Notes: generated by a model not told the origin, from the letters alone. 64,000 nucleotides of DNA from an uncultured Gemmatimonadota bacterium (GCA_951812955.1 OX638340.1:2688001-2752000); one strand, 5' to 3'; shown: positions 28,391-37,875, counted from the stretch's first letter. A program made the numbers and translations.

Positions 28391-28419
28391 TTGACATAAA
28401 CAGTGGAAAACCCTATAAT
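28391..28419 (+). promoter_or_regulatory. Near-consensus sigma70 promoter upstream of htpG (TTGACA-17 nt-TATAAT)
   Basis: -35 at 28391-28396 and -10 at 28414-28419. The htpG ATG is at 28587. Confidence 0.5.
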
Positions 28420-28586
28420 ACGCATGTTGTCCGGCCCGACGCGTACGTAAGAATGGCCGAAGCGGGACAACGCTTATCTAACAGGGAAACCAGGCAACAA
28501 CGGCAGCATCCGGAAGACGATCAGACCTGGGAAAGTATGTCGCGCCGGGAGTAAACCGCTCCCCGTTCACGAGGAAAGGCCAGACG

Positions 28587-30515
28587 ATGTCCGAAGCATC
28601 CGCCCCATCCACCGAAACCATGGAATTCAAGAGCGAGTTGAGGCAGATCCTCCACCTGATTACCCACTCGCTATATTCTCACAAGGAGATCTTCCTCCGC
28701 GAGTTGATAAGCAACGCCAGCGACGCGATCAACAAGATACGGTTCAATTCCATCAACAACAGCGATCTGCTGGACGGCGACACCGAGTGGAAAATCAGGT
28801 TGATCGTCGACAAGGACAAGAAAACCCTTACGGTTTCCGATAACGGCGCGGGGATGTCCCGCGATACCATCATCGATCAACTGGGTACGATCGCAAAGTC
28901 CGGCACGAAGGCGTTCATCGAGACCCTGCAGCAGGCCGACGAGGCCAGCCGGCCCGAACTGATCGGCCAGTTTGGCGTGGGGTTCTACTCCGCCTTCATG
29001 GTGGCCGACCGGGTCACGGTCGTTTCCCGTCTGGCCGGGGATCCGGTGGACCAGGGCGTACGCTGGGTCTCTGCGGGAGAAGGCGATTTCACGGTCAAGA
29101 TCGTGGATAAGGAGTCCCATGGCACCGACGTCACGCTCCATCTCAAGGAGGACGAGCAGGAGTTCCTGGAGGAGTGGCGGCTCCGGCTGGTCGTCAAGGA
29201 GTTCTCCGATTTCATCGAGTACCCGGTCGTCATGGACGTGGAACGGAACGAACCGGTCGAAGGGGAGGACGAAAAGACCGAGACGGTGATCCGGGAAGAA
29301 ACGCTCAACTCCATGAAGGCGCTCTGGCTGCGGTCGAAGGACGAAATCGAAGAGGACGAATACAACGCCTTCTACCGCCAGATCTCCCACGATTACGGCG
29401 ATCCGGCGAAGGTGATCCATTATACGGCCGAAGGGCTGACGGAATTCAAAGTGCTGCTCTTCATACCGGCCAAGCGTCCCTTCGACATGATGTTCGGCGA
29501 TCCCAAGGTAGGGCCCAGACTGTACGTACAGCGGGTACAGATCATGGAAAACTGCGAGGAACTGCTTCCGCCCTACCTGCGCTTAATCAAGGGCGTGGTG
29601 GACTGCGCCGACCTGCCCCTCAACGTCTCTCGCGAGATCCTGCAGCAGAATCCCATACTGGACCGCATCCGCAAGAACATCGTAAAGCGGATCTTCACCA
29701 CGCTGGAGGAGATGAAGAAGGATGAGTTCGACAAGTACGTGGATTTCTTCAAAGAGCTGGGCTTGATCCTCAAGGAAGGGATGGCGCAGGACTTCGAAAA
29801 CCGGGATACCCTCACCTCGCTTGCAGTTTACGAGTCCATGAATACCGAGGCCGGGAAGTTCATTCCCATGGACGAATACGTCGACCAGATGCCGCCCGAC
29901 CAGGAAGAGATCTACTACCTGATCGGCGAGCATCGCGGCATGCTCGAAAGGACGCCGTACCTGGAGGTTTTCCGGGACCGCGGCTGGAACGTCCTCTTCA
30001 TGACGGATCCCATCGACGAATTCGTCATGTCGTCGGTGACCGAGTACCGCGAGAAGAAGTACAAGGCGGCCAACAAGGGCGACATAGCAGCCGACGAATC
30101 CGCCAAGGCCCGCGCGGAGGACGACGAAAAGACATTCAAGGCCCTGATCGAAACGCTGAAGGGCAAAATATCGGATGTGCAGGATATCCGGTTGTCGACC
30201 CGGCTCACGGACAGCGCATCCTGCCTGGTGGCCGACGAAGGCGCCATGAGCGCCCACATGGAACGGCTCATGCAGCGCATGGGCGAAGGCGAAGGCCAGG
30301 ATTCGAAGCGCATCCTGGAACTCAATGCCGGCCATCCTGTCGTCCAGGGACTGCAGAAGCTGCACGACAGCGACAACGGCGACGCGCGCGTCGAATCCAT
30401 CGGCCGCCTGCTTTACGAACAGGCCGTCGTGGCTGAGGGGTCCAAGCTTGATGATCCGGTGGGTTTTGCGGGCCGCATCAACGAGTTGCTTGTAAAGGAG
30501 CTGATCCGGGTTTAG
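28587..30515 (+). CDS. htpG: Molecular chaperone HtpG (Hsp90)
   Basis: Bergerat ATPase N-terminus LISNASDAINKIRF and full-length Hsp90 architecture. Confidence 0.95.
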   Translation: MSEASAPSTETMEFKSELRQILHLITHSLYSHKEIFLRELISNASDAINKIRFNSINNSDLLDGDTEWKIRLIVDKDKKTLTVSDNGAGMSRDTIIDQLGTIAKSGTKAFIETLQQADEASRPELIGQFGVGFYSAFMVADRVTVVSRLAGDPVDQGVRWVSAGEGDFTVKIVDKESHGTDVTLHLKEDEQEFLEEWRLRLVVKEFSDFIEYPVVMDVERNEPVEGEDEKTETVIREETLNSMKALWLRSKDEIEEDEYNAFYRQISHDYGDPAKVIHYTAEGLTEFKVLLFIPAKRPFDMMFGDPKVGPRLYVQRVQIMENCEELLPPYLRLIKGVVDCADLPLNVSREILQQNPILDRIRKNIVKRIFTTLEEMKKDEFDKYVDFFKELGLILKEGMAQDFENRDTLTSLAVYESMNTEAGKFIPMDEYVDQMPPDQEEIYYLIGEHRGMLERTPYLEVFRDRGWNVLFMTDPIDEFVMSSVTEYREKKYKAANKGDIAADESAKARAEDDEKTFKALIETLKGKISDVQDIRLSTRLTDSASCLVADEGAMSAHMERLMQRMGEGEGQDSKRILELNAGHPVVQGLQKLHDSDNGDARVESIGRLLYEQAVVAEGSKLDDPVGFAGRINELLVKELIRV

Positions 30516-30546
30516 AGGTCGGGAGACCGGGATAGCCGGCGTTTCC

Positions 30547-30670
30547 CATGGCACGCACGGCCGGTACGATCGGCAGGCATGGCACGCACGTCCCGCAGGC
30601 ACGGCAGGCACGCGTGGCAGGCAGGCACGACACCCACGGCAACGGCACGCACGGCCGGTCGGCACGTGGT
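30547..30670. repeat. Array of GGCACGCACG/GGCAGGCACG decamer repeats in the htpG / substrate-binding-protein intergenic region
   Basis: At least five copies read directly. It underlies the spurious N-extension of the 617-aa track ORF. Confidence 0.6.
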
Positions 30671-30730
30671 CACGGACCGCCGTATTTCAAGCTGTCATCA
30701 AACCATTGGCATCTTCAGGTAGCTGTCATT

Positions 30731-32401
30731 ATGCGCGTACCCGTAATACTCGTATCGATACTTGCACTGGTCTCCTGCGGCGAGAGTGAACGCGCCGCCG
30801 AACAACCCGAGGCAGGGGGACGCGTAAACTCGATCGGCGTGGTCCTCCCGGATGACGCGGTGGACGCCTCCCGCCAGGTGCTGCGCTCCATGAGTCCCGA
30901 GCCCAAGAGCCTGGACCCCAGTATCGAACCCTACGATACCGAACAGACGATCCTGCCCTTTGAAGCGCTGCTGTTCAAGGACGAACACTGGAACCCGATC
31001 CCGGGCGCCGCGCACAGCTGGGGTTCGGAAGACGGCATTGTCTGGACCTTCAATCTCAGGTCCGGGATGCGCTGGAGCGACGGATCGCCTCTGACCGCGC
31101 ACGACTTCGTGTATTCCTATCGCCGGATGCTCAATCCCGAATCCACCAACATCTACGCCTTTTTCTACTACGACATCAAAAACGCCGAAGCCATCGTCAA
31201 AGGGGAGAACAAGGATATCGAGTCCCTGGGCATAAAGGCGGTGGATGACACGACCCTGGTCATCGAAACGGAAAAACGCGCACCTTACCTGCCCCATATC
31301 GTTTCCTTCGGCGACGCCATGCCGGTGCCGAAGCGGCTGGTGGACAAATACGGACGCAAGTGGACCGAGCCGGAGCACATCATCACCAATTCCGGCTTCA
31401 AAGTATCTGAATGGGTTCACGGCAGCCACATGACCCTCGTTCCCAATCCCTATTACAACGGCCCCCACAAGCCATTCCTGGAGAAGGTTATCCACCCCTT
31501 CCGAAACGCGGCCGCGGCGACCATACTTCCCTACGAGGGCGACGAAGTCGACATGGAGAACGTGGATATCAACGATCTGAATCGAATTGAAAGTGATCCT
31601 CAACTGAAGAAGGATCTCGTGCGATTCCACGGATTGAATACCTGGTATGTCTTTTTCAGGACGCAGTTGCCGCCGTTCAACGACATTCGCGTGCGGGAAG
31701 CCTTCACGCGGGTGATGGACCGTGAAAACATCTGCAACATCATCCTGCGGGGCGGAGCAGTTCCGGCCTATTCCATGATCCCGCCAGGATTCAAGGAATT
31801 CGAAGGCGACACGCACGCCGCGGTGCAGGGTTTCGATCCCGAACGGGCGCGGCAGCTGATGCGCGAAGCCGGATATCCCGGGGGACAGGGATTCCCCCGG
31901 CAGGAGCTGTGGCTGCGGGCGCCGACCCCCTCCGTCCGCCTCATCGGCGTGGCGATCCAGAGCATGCTGAAGGAGCATCTCGGCATCGAGGTGGACATCC
32001 GGACGGCCGACCTGCACTCCTACATGGACCACCTGTACAAGTGGGACATGAACCTCGGCTTGATCGCTTTCGGCGCCGATTTCCTCGACCCGCGCAACAT
32101 GCTGGACATGATATGGCACTCCCAGCCCCAGGGTCATGGGCGGCAGGACTGGCACAATCCCGGCTTCGACCGCCTTGTGGACTCGGCGGCCGCGGAACTG
32201 AACCAGGAAACACGGTACAGCCTGTACCGGGAAGCCTCGGCCGTCATGGCGGCGGACTATCCCGCCGCCTTCCTCTATCACGGGATGGGCCTGCAGCTCC
32301 GGAAACCCTGGCTTAAAGGCTATGCCGTAAACGAAGACGGCACCGTGGGTTCCTTCCGCTGGCACAAGCTGTACATCGCCGAGGTGGACGATGGGGAGTA
32401 G
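30731..32401 (+). CDS. ABC transporter substrate-binding protein, family 5 (oligopeptide/dipeptide/nickel type)
   Basis: Lipoprotein-like signal MRVPVILVSILALVSCGE. SBP_bac_5 blocks are present (MRWSDGSPLTAHDFVYSYRRMLNPES...). Confidence 0.8.
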   Translation: MRVPVILVSILALVSCGESERAAEQPEAGGRVNSIGVVLPDDAVDASRQVLRSMSPEPKSLDPSIEPYDTEQTILPFEALLFKDEHWNPIPGAAHSWGSEDGIVWTFNLRSGMRWSDGSPLTAHDFVYSYRRMLNPESTNIYAFFYYDIKNAEAIVKGENKDIESLGIKAVDDTTLVIETEKRAPYLPHIVSFGDAMPVPKRLVDKYGRKWTEPEHIITNSGFKVSEWVHGSHMTLVPNPYYNGPHKPFLEKVIHPFRNAAAATILPYEGDEVDMENVDINDLNRIESDPQLKKDLVRFHGLNTWYVFFRTQLPPFNDIRVREAFTRVMDRENICNIILRGGAVPAYSMIPPGFKEFEGDTHAAVQGFDPERARQLMREAGYPGGQGFPRQELWLRAPTPSVRLIGVAIQSMLKEHLGIEVDIRTADLHSYMDHLYKWDMNLGLIAFGADFLDPRNMLDMIWHSQPQGHGRQDWHNPGFDRLVDSAAAELNQETRYSLYREASAVMAADYPAAFLYHGMGLQLRKPWLKGYAVNEDGTVGSFRWHKLYIAEVDDGE

Positions 32402-33347
32402 GGATATTCTTCGGGGTGAGTGGGGACTCCGGGGTGAACGGAGACTGTCCGCTCTCATTTTCCTTCTCACGCCGCTCCTCCTGGGCGCCTCGGCCCTGTT
32501 CTGGATTCCCGGGGCGGCAGTGGCGCAGGAAAGTCCGGTCATCCTCGAAGCGATCAGCGTCCTCCCCGTGGAAGGTCCCGAATCCAACCAGCCATCGGGA
32601 CTCTTCGTCCATCAAGACACCCTGTTTACCGTTTCCGACAAGCACGACGATACCATCTTCAGGATTGAACTTCGGGAGGATGCCGCGGTTTTCGTGCCAC
32701 ACGTCCGTTTCGACCCACCCAGACCCTTCGGTGTGTTCAGGCTGGACCTGGAAGGCATCACCCGCGATGAGGACGGAAGTTTCTATCTCGTCAGCGAAGG
32801 GGCCTTCGCCATTCTGAAGGTCGACGCGGACTCGAAAAAGGCATCCTGGGTCACCACGAACCTACGGGACGTGGGCGCTTCGGCGGGGCTCTTCCAGACC
32901 CGCGGCGGTTATCTCGAGGGGATCACGCTGATGGCCAAAGACCGGTTTCTGGTCACCGCCGAACGGCAGCCCTGCGGCCTGATCGAAGTCGACATGGCCC
33001 CCGTGCAAAGGGTCGTGGAGATCGCTAATCATGGATCGACGAACAGTTACACGGGTCTGCACCGGGAGGTCGAAAACGTATACATTCTGCAGCGGAGCAC
33101 CGCGACCATCCGGAAGACCATCCGGTACCTGGACGTGGACAGTCCCTCGGCGATCTGGTCCTTCGCCCATATCGTCAACGACCCGGAATATCTCTATCAG
33201 CACGAACAATTCGGCGCGAAAACGGCAGAGGGACTCGCCATGGACCGCGACCGGGTCTACGTCATCCTCGATAACAACAATGACGCGCGCAGGATGTATC
33301 CCACCGATCACAGGCCCTTGCTCCTGATCATGAAGCGGCCCGACTGA
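32391..33347 (+). CDS. Secreted beta-propeller-like protein (SdiA-regulated / phytase-like esterase family)
   Basis: Signal peptide, and a DLEGITRDEDGSFYLVSEG block resembling the YjiK/phytase-like propeller families. The family call is tentative. Confidence 0.4.
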   Translation: MGSRDILRGEWGLRGERRLSALIFLLTPLLLGASALFWIPGAAVAQESPVILEAISVLPVEGPESNQPSGLFVHQDTLFTVSDKHDDTIFRIELREDAAVFVPHVRFDPPRPFGVFRLDLEGITRDEDGSFYLVSEGAFAILKVDADSKKASWVTTNLRDVGASAGLFQTRGGYLEGITLMAKDRFLVTAERQPCGLIEVDMAPVQRVVEIANHGSTNSYTGLHREVENVYILQRSTATIRKTIRYLDVDSPSAIWSFAHIVNDPEYLYQHEQFGAKTAEGLAMDRDRVYVILDNNNDARRMYPTDHRPLLLIMKRPD

Positions 33348-33361
33348 CGCGCTCCGCGGCA

Positions 33362-33450
33362 TGAAACGGCCGGCCACCAGTGCCGCGTATTGAGAAGCGA
33401 CCCGGCTGAAACGGCCGGCCACCAGCGCCGCGGATCACGAAGCGGCCCCT
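33362..33450. repeat. Imperfect tandem duplication with a 44-bp period (tgaaacggccggccaccagYgccgcg...) upstream of the AmgK-like gene
   Basis: Direct reading of the sequence. Confidence 0.6.
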
Positions 33451-34970
33451 TTGACGGAACGCCGGATCGTACCCGGCCGGGACAGGCGACCATGATTCCA
33501 GATGCCCGGGACAGGCTGGCACGACTCTTCCGAAACACATTCGGCCATGCACCGGCGCACATCGCCACCCTGGGCGCGGACGGATCGATACGGCGGTACT
33601 TCCGGCTGCAGGGCGAAGATCAAACCGTCATCGGCGCAGCCAACAACGACCGGCGCGAGAACACCGCCTTCCTTTTCCTGTCCCGCCACTTCCGTCGCCA
33701 CGGACTGCCGGTACCCGAGATATACGCCCAGGATCTGGACCAGGGCGTCTACCTGCAGCAGGACCTGGGCGACGAGACGCTGTTCAGCCGGTTGGCCGCC
33801 GCCCGCGCGGAGGAGGGGACGTTTCCGGAACGGTTGGCCGCCGCCCGCGCGGAGGAGGGGACGTTTCCGGAACGGTTGGCGGCGATATACCGGCGGGTTC
33901 TCGACGACCTGCCCCGTTTCCAGGTCACCGCGGCGGAGAATCTGGACTTCTCGGTCTGCTACCCAAGGAGCCGTTTTGACGGGCAATCCATCCAGTGGGA
34001 CCTGAACTACTTCAAGTACCACTTCCTGAAGCTCGTGCCTGTCGACTTTGACGAGCAGGCCCTTGAAAACGATTTCGAACGATTCACGGCGTACCTCTTG
34101 GAAGCCGATACCCGATACTTCCTGTACCGGGATTTCCAGTCCCGGAATATCATGCTGCACGATGGCCGGCCGCATTACATAGACTACCAGGGCGGGCGGC
34201 AGGGCGCCCTTCAGTACGACATCGCGTCGCTCCTTCAGGACGGCAGGGCCGACATCCCGTGGGCAACGCGGGACGAACTCCTGGATTATTATGTCGAGAA
34301 AATCGGAGCGTACGCGGCTGTTTCAAGAGCATCGTTTCTGTCCCACTACTACGGCTACGCCCTGGTCCGTCTCATGCAGGCGCTGGGCGCCTACGGGTAC
34401 CGCGGGCTGTACGAAGGCAAGTCCCACTTCCTGACCAGTATCTCCCATGGCGTTCGTAACCTCGAGGGTCTGTTGGTGCGGGCCGCCCTGCCGGACGACC
34501 TGCCTGAACTGACCCGGGCCTGGTCGCGGATCGTCGACGATCCTGCGCTTCGGCGAATGGGAGCGGTTTCCGGAGAAGGGCTGACCGTCCACCTCTGGAG
34601 TTTTTCCTATCACCTCGGCCTGCCCCGGGACCCGAGCGGAAACGGCGGGGGTTTCATCTTCGACTGCCGGATCGTGAAGAACCCCGGGCGTATTCCCGAA
34701 TACGCGGCCCTGACGGGGAAGGACGCACCGGTGGCCGTATTCCTGGACAAAAATGAGGATGCGCGGACCTTCCTGGGGGATGCGAAGACCATGGTCGACC
34801 GGGCGGTAGAACACCACCTGCGGCGCGGGTTCACCGACCTGACCGTCGCCTTCGGTTGTACCGGCGGCCAGCACCGTTCGGTATACTTCGCAGAGCGCCT
34901 GGCGGCGCACCTGTCGGAGCGTCCGGGCCTGACGGTCCGGCTGAGGCACCGGGAGCAGGAGGATTCGTGA
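33390..34970 (+). CDS. Fusion protein. N-terminal AmgK-like MurNAc/GlcNAc anomeric kinase (APH fold), C-terminal RapZ (YhbJ) C-terminal domain.
   Basis: The N-terminal half has the GADGSIRRYFRL and YRDFQSRNIML motifs of the AmgK/APH family. The C-terminal 110 aa align with the RapZ C-domain motif by motif (FIFDCRIVKNPGR..., VAVFLD, DLTVAFGCTGGQHRSVYFAERLAAHL). The likely start is ATG at 33492. Confidence 0.65.
   Translation: MRSDPAETAGHQRRGSRSGPFDGTPDRTRPGQATMIPDARDRLARLFRNTFGHAPAHIATLGADGSIRRYFRLQGEDQTVIGAANNDRRENTAFLFLSRHFRRHGLPVPEIYAQDLDQGVYLQQDLGDETLFSRLAAARAEEGTFPERLAAARAEEGTFPERLAAIYRRVLDDLPRFQVTAAENLDFSVCYPRSRFDGQSIQWDLNYFKYHFLKLVPVDFDEQALENDFERFTAYLLEADTRYFLYRDFQSRNIMLHDGRPHYIDYQGGRQGALQYDIASLLQDGRADIPWATRDELLDYYVEKIGAYAAVSRASFLSHYYGYALVRLMQALGAYGYRGLYEGKSHFLTSISHGVRNLEGLLVRAALPDDLPELTRAWSRIVDDPALRRMGAVSGEGLTVHLWSFSYHLGLPRDPSGNGGGFIFDCRIVKNPGRIPEYAALTGKDAPVAVFLDKNEDARTFLGDAKTMVDRAVEHHLRRGFTDLTVAFGCTGGQHRSVYFAERLAAHLSERPGLTVRLRHREQEDS
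33791..33874. repeat. Perfect 42-bp in-frame tandem duplication inside the AmgK-like gene (encodes LAAARAEEGTFPER x2)
   Basis: Identical 42-mers at 33791-33832 and 33833-33874. Confidence 0.85.
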
Positions 34971-34975
34971 AGGCC

Positions 34976-35728
34976 ATGATCCTCGCCGCGGGACTGGGTA
35001 CCCGGTTGCGGCCCCTCACTGACACCCGGCCTAAAGCCCTCGTGCCGGTGGCCGGCAGACCCATGATTCACTGGGTGATCGCGCGACTCGCCAGTCACGG
35101 CTTCACGGACATCATCATCAATGCCCATCATTTCGCGGCGCAGATCGAGACCTTCGCGGCCGCGTACAAAGGTCCGGGCTCCCCACTGACTGTTTCCGTA
35201 GAGGAGGAGATCCTGGACACGGGCGGCGGGGTGCGGAAGGCCGCGTGGTTCTTCGACCGCGAGGAGCCGTTCCTGGTGCACAACGTGGACGTGCTGACCG
35301 ACCTGGATCTATCCGGCCTGATGAACGCTCACCTGGCTTCGGATGCCCATTCGGCCTATGGGGCCCTGGTCACCTTGGCCGTGAAGAGTAGAAAAAGTTC
35401 GCGTCACCTCCTGTTCGATGAGGCGGGACGGCTGGGCGGCTGGCGTTCGGACGTTACGGGAGAGACGCGCACGGTCCGGCCGATAGCGGGTCCCGTCACC
35501 CCCGTGCCCTTCATGGGCGTCTACGTCATGTCCCCTGCCGTGTTGAGAAAGATGGCCGATCCCGGTCCCTTTTCGATCATCGACTTCTTCCTGGACCAGG
35601 CAGGTGGCGGCGCGCCGATTCGGGCCTATCGGGCTGATGATGCCAGGTGGGCGGATCTCGGAAGCGAGGACCGCATCGCGGCGGCCGAGCGGCTCTTCGG
35701 TACGGACTGGTTCGCGGAGATCGGTTAA
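34976..35728 (+). CDS. murU: MurU-like sugar-1-phosphate nucleotidyltransferase (N-acetylmuramate alpha-1-phosphate uridylyltransferase family)
   Basis: MILAAGLGTRLRPLT...KALVPV nucleotidyltransferase N-terminus. Sits immediately downstream of the AmgK-like gene, which is the canonical AmgK-MurU pair. Confidence 0.65.
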   Translation: MILAAGLGTRLRPLTDTRPKALVPVAGRPMIHWVIARLASHGFTDIIINAHHFAAQIETFAAAYKGPGSPLTVSVEEEILDTGGGVRKAAWFFDREEPFLVHNVDVLTDLDLSGLMNAHLASDAHSAYGALVTLAVKSRKSSRHLLFDEAGRLGGWRSDVTGETRTVRPIAGPVTPVPFMGVYVMSPAVLRKMADPGPFSIIDFFLDQAGGGAPIRAYRADDARWADLGSEDRIAAAERLFGTDWFAEIG

Positions 35729-36330
35729 TCCGTTCTCCAGACGAACACATACACGCAAAGGCCAGGCTTACCCGCCATCGGTCGAAATGACTTGAAGCGC
35801 AGCGCGCCAACGGTTATCTTGGTACCGTATCGATCTTCCTATAAACACGCCCTCACCCGAAGGAGGTTTGAATTGGCTGACGCATCGTCCTCCCGCGGCG
35901 CGAGGCAGTGTCTGCGTAGTCTGCTCTATCGCGGTTGTTGCCCCCGCCGAAGTTTTACTCCTACATAACCGGCGACAGCGGGCAAATACGCGGTGAAGAC
36001 GTTTCCTTCAGGATTCGCGCTCGTTGAGCGTCTCCGGTAATCCTCGCGGAACGGTTTCTCCTCCATTATGGCCCGGACGGTCATCTTGTTCGTACCGCCC
36101 GGGGCGATGGCAACTCGTGGATATACGGAATTCCCTGCCCGAAGCCAGGCGGGAATCCTGTCCTGTAGCAGCCTTTCTCCTGCCCCGCGCGGATCGTGCA
36201 TCTATTGATCCGAGCCACGACCCGTCGCTACACGATAGCGAGTCGAGCTGCGAGAAGCGTGCAGAGCGTGTTCAATTTTCAGTGCGCAGGATATCCGCGC
36301 CGGCTCTCCGAAATCAGTAAGGTAGGTACT

Positions 36331-37722
36331 ATGTCCGGCAGAATGAATGGAAGCCCCCCCAAATTCCAGATTTACGATCTCAGGAACTACAGAAAAATAC
36401 CCCAGATTGAGCATCTCCGGGACGAGCTGAAATTCGAAATGGAAGTCGTCGCGCAGGTTCTACCGTTCCGGACCAATTCCCACGTGGTGGAGAACCTGAT
36501 CCAATGGGAGAACATCCCCGACGACCCCATGTTCCAGCTCACTTTTCCGCAGCGGGAGATGCTGTCGCCGGACCACTTCGACGCGGTGGCTGCATTGGTG
36601 AAAAAGCAGGCGGGCAAAGCGGAAATGGCGCGCACGGTGAACCGGATCCGATGGGATCTGAATCCACAGCCCGCGGGCCAACTCGAGCACAATGTCCCCA
36701 GGGAGGACAACGAGAGACTGGATGGCATGCAGCACAAGTACCGGGAGACGGTACTGTTCTTTCCATCCCAGGGACAGACCTGCCACGCATACTGCACCTT
36801 CTGCTTCCGCTGGCCCCAGTTCGTGGGGATCGATGAGCTGAAGTTCGCCAGCCGCGAGGTCGAAAGTCTCATCAGATATCTTGAGGAAAATCCCCAGGTC
36901 ACCGACGTACTTTTCACGGGCGGCGATCCCATGGTCATGCGAGCAAAGAACCTTAGCGTGTATGTCGATGCGTTGCTGAAGGCGGACCTCCCCAATCTGC
37001 ACACGATCCGAATCGGGACGAAATCGCTGGCGTACTGGCCCTACAAGTACCTTACTGACCCGGACGCGGACGACGTGCTGGCGCTCTTCGAACGGGTAAT
37101 TCGCGCCGGTAAGCACCTGGCCATCATGGCCCATTGCAGCCATCCCGCCGAACTGCAACCCGACGCGGTGGCAAAAGCGGTCGGCCGGATCCGTGGTACG
37201 GGGGCAAGAGTTTACACGCAGTCTCCCATTCTGAGGCATATCAACGACGATCCGAACACCTGGGCCGCCATGTGGCGCAAGCAGGTGGACCTGGGGATGG
37301 TTCCCTATTACATGTTCGTGGTGCGAGACACCGGCGTGCAGCGCTTCTTCGCCGTGCCGCTGGTTCGCGCGTGGGAGATCTTCCAGAACGCCTATCAGCA
37401 GGTAAGTGGGATATGCCGGACCGTGCGCGGCCCCAGCATGTCGGCCCATCCCGGGAAGATCCATGTCCTGGGCGTCAGCGAGGTCCGCGGAGAGAAGATC
37501 ATCGCCCTGCAATTCCTGCAGGGACGCAATCCCGACTGGGTCCTGCGGCCGTTCTTCGCCCGGTACGACGAAAGAGCCATCTGGCTGGACGACCTCGAGC
37601 CGGCCTTTGGCGAGGAGTCGTTTTTCTTCGAAGAAGAGTTGGCGCAGTTGTGCGCTGAGGACCTGCCCTCCGGCCAGTGGGACGTGATGGAGTCCCTGGT
37701 GCTGGAAGGCGTGGAGTTTTAG
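36331..37722 (+). CDS. KamA-family radical SAM aminomutase (lysine 2,3-aminomutase-like)
   Basis: CHAYCTFCFRW (CxxxCxxC), LFTGGDP and IRIGTK blocks, and the long KamA-type C-terminus. ATG at 36331. Confidence 0.8.
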   Translation: MSGRMNGSPPKFQIYDLRNYRKIPQIEHLRDELKFEMEVVAQVLPFRTNSHVVENLIQWENIPDDPMFQLTFPQREMLSPDHFDAVAALVKKQAGKAEMARTVNRIRWDLNPQPAGQLEHNVPREDNERLDGMQHKYRETVLFFPSQGQTCHAYCTFCFRWPQFVGIDELKFASREVESLIRYLEENPQVTDVLFTGGDPMVMRAKNLSVYVDALLKADLPNLHTIRIGTKSLAYWPYKYLTDPDADDVLALFERVIRAGKHLAIMAHCSHPAELQPDAVAKAVGRIRGTGARVYTQSPILRHINDDPNTWAAMWRKQVDLGMVPYYMFVVRDTGVQRFFAVPLVRAWEIFQNAYQQVSGICRTVRGPSMSAHPGKIHVLGVSEVRGEKIIALQFLQGRNPDWVLRPFFARYDERAIWLDDLEPAFGEESFFFEEELAQLCAEDLPSGQWDVMESLVLEGVEF

Positions 37723-37875
37723 TGAACGGGGCAGGGGTCAGGGTACGGTACTTGATGACCTCCCTGGGATCAGCGTTTTTCGGCCACAGCCTCAGCCAGC
37801 TGTTCTTTAGCCCACTGATTAACACTCACGCCGCCCACCTCGGCCGCCTCGGCTACCGCTGCGTGGGTTTCCGGA

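Noticed and set aside
35926-36201. 91-aa minus-strand ORF and 98-aa plus-strand ORF (36024..36320) within the KamA leader
   Set aside because: No RBS, biased composition, and mutually overlapping frames. The region is treated as non-coding leader.
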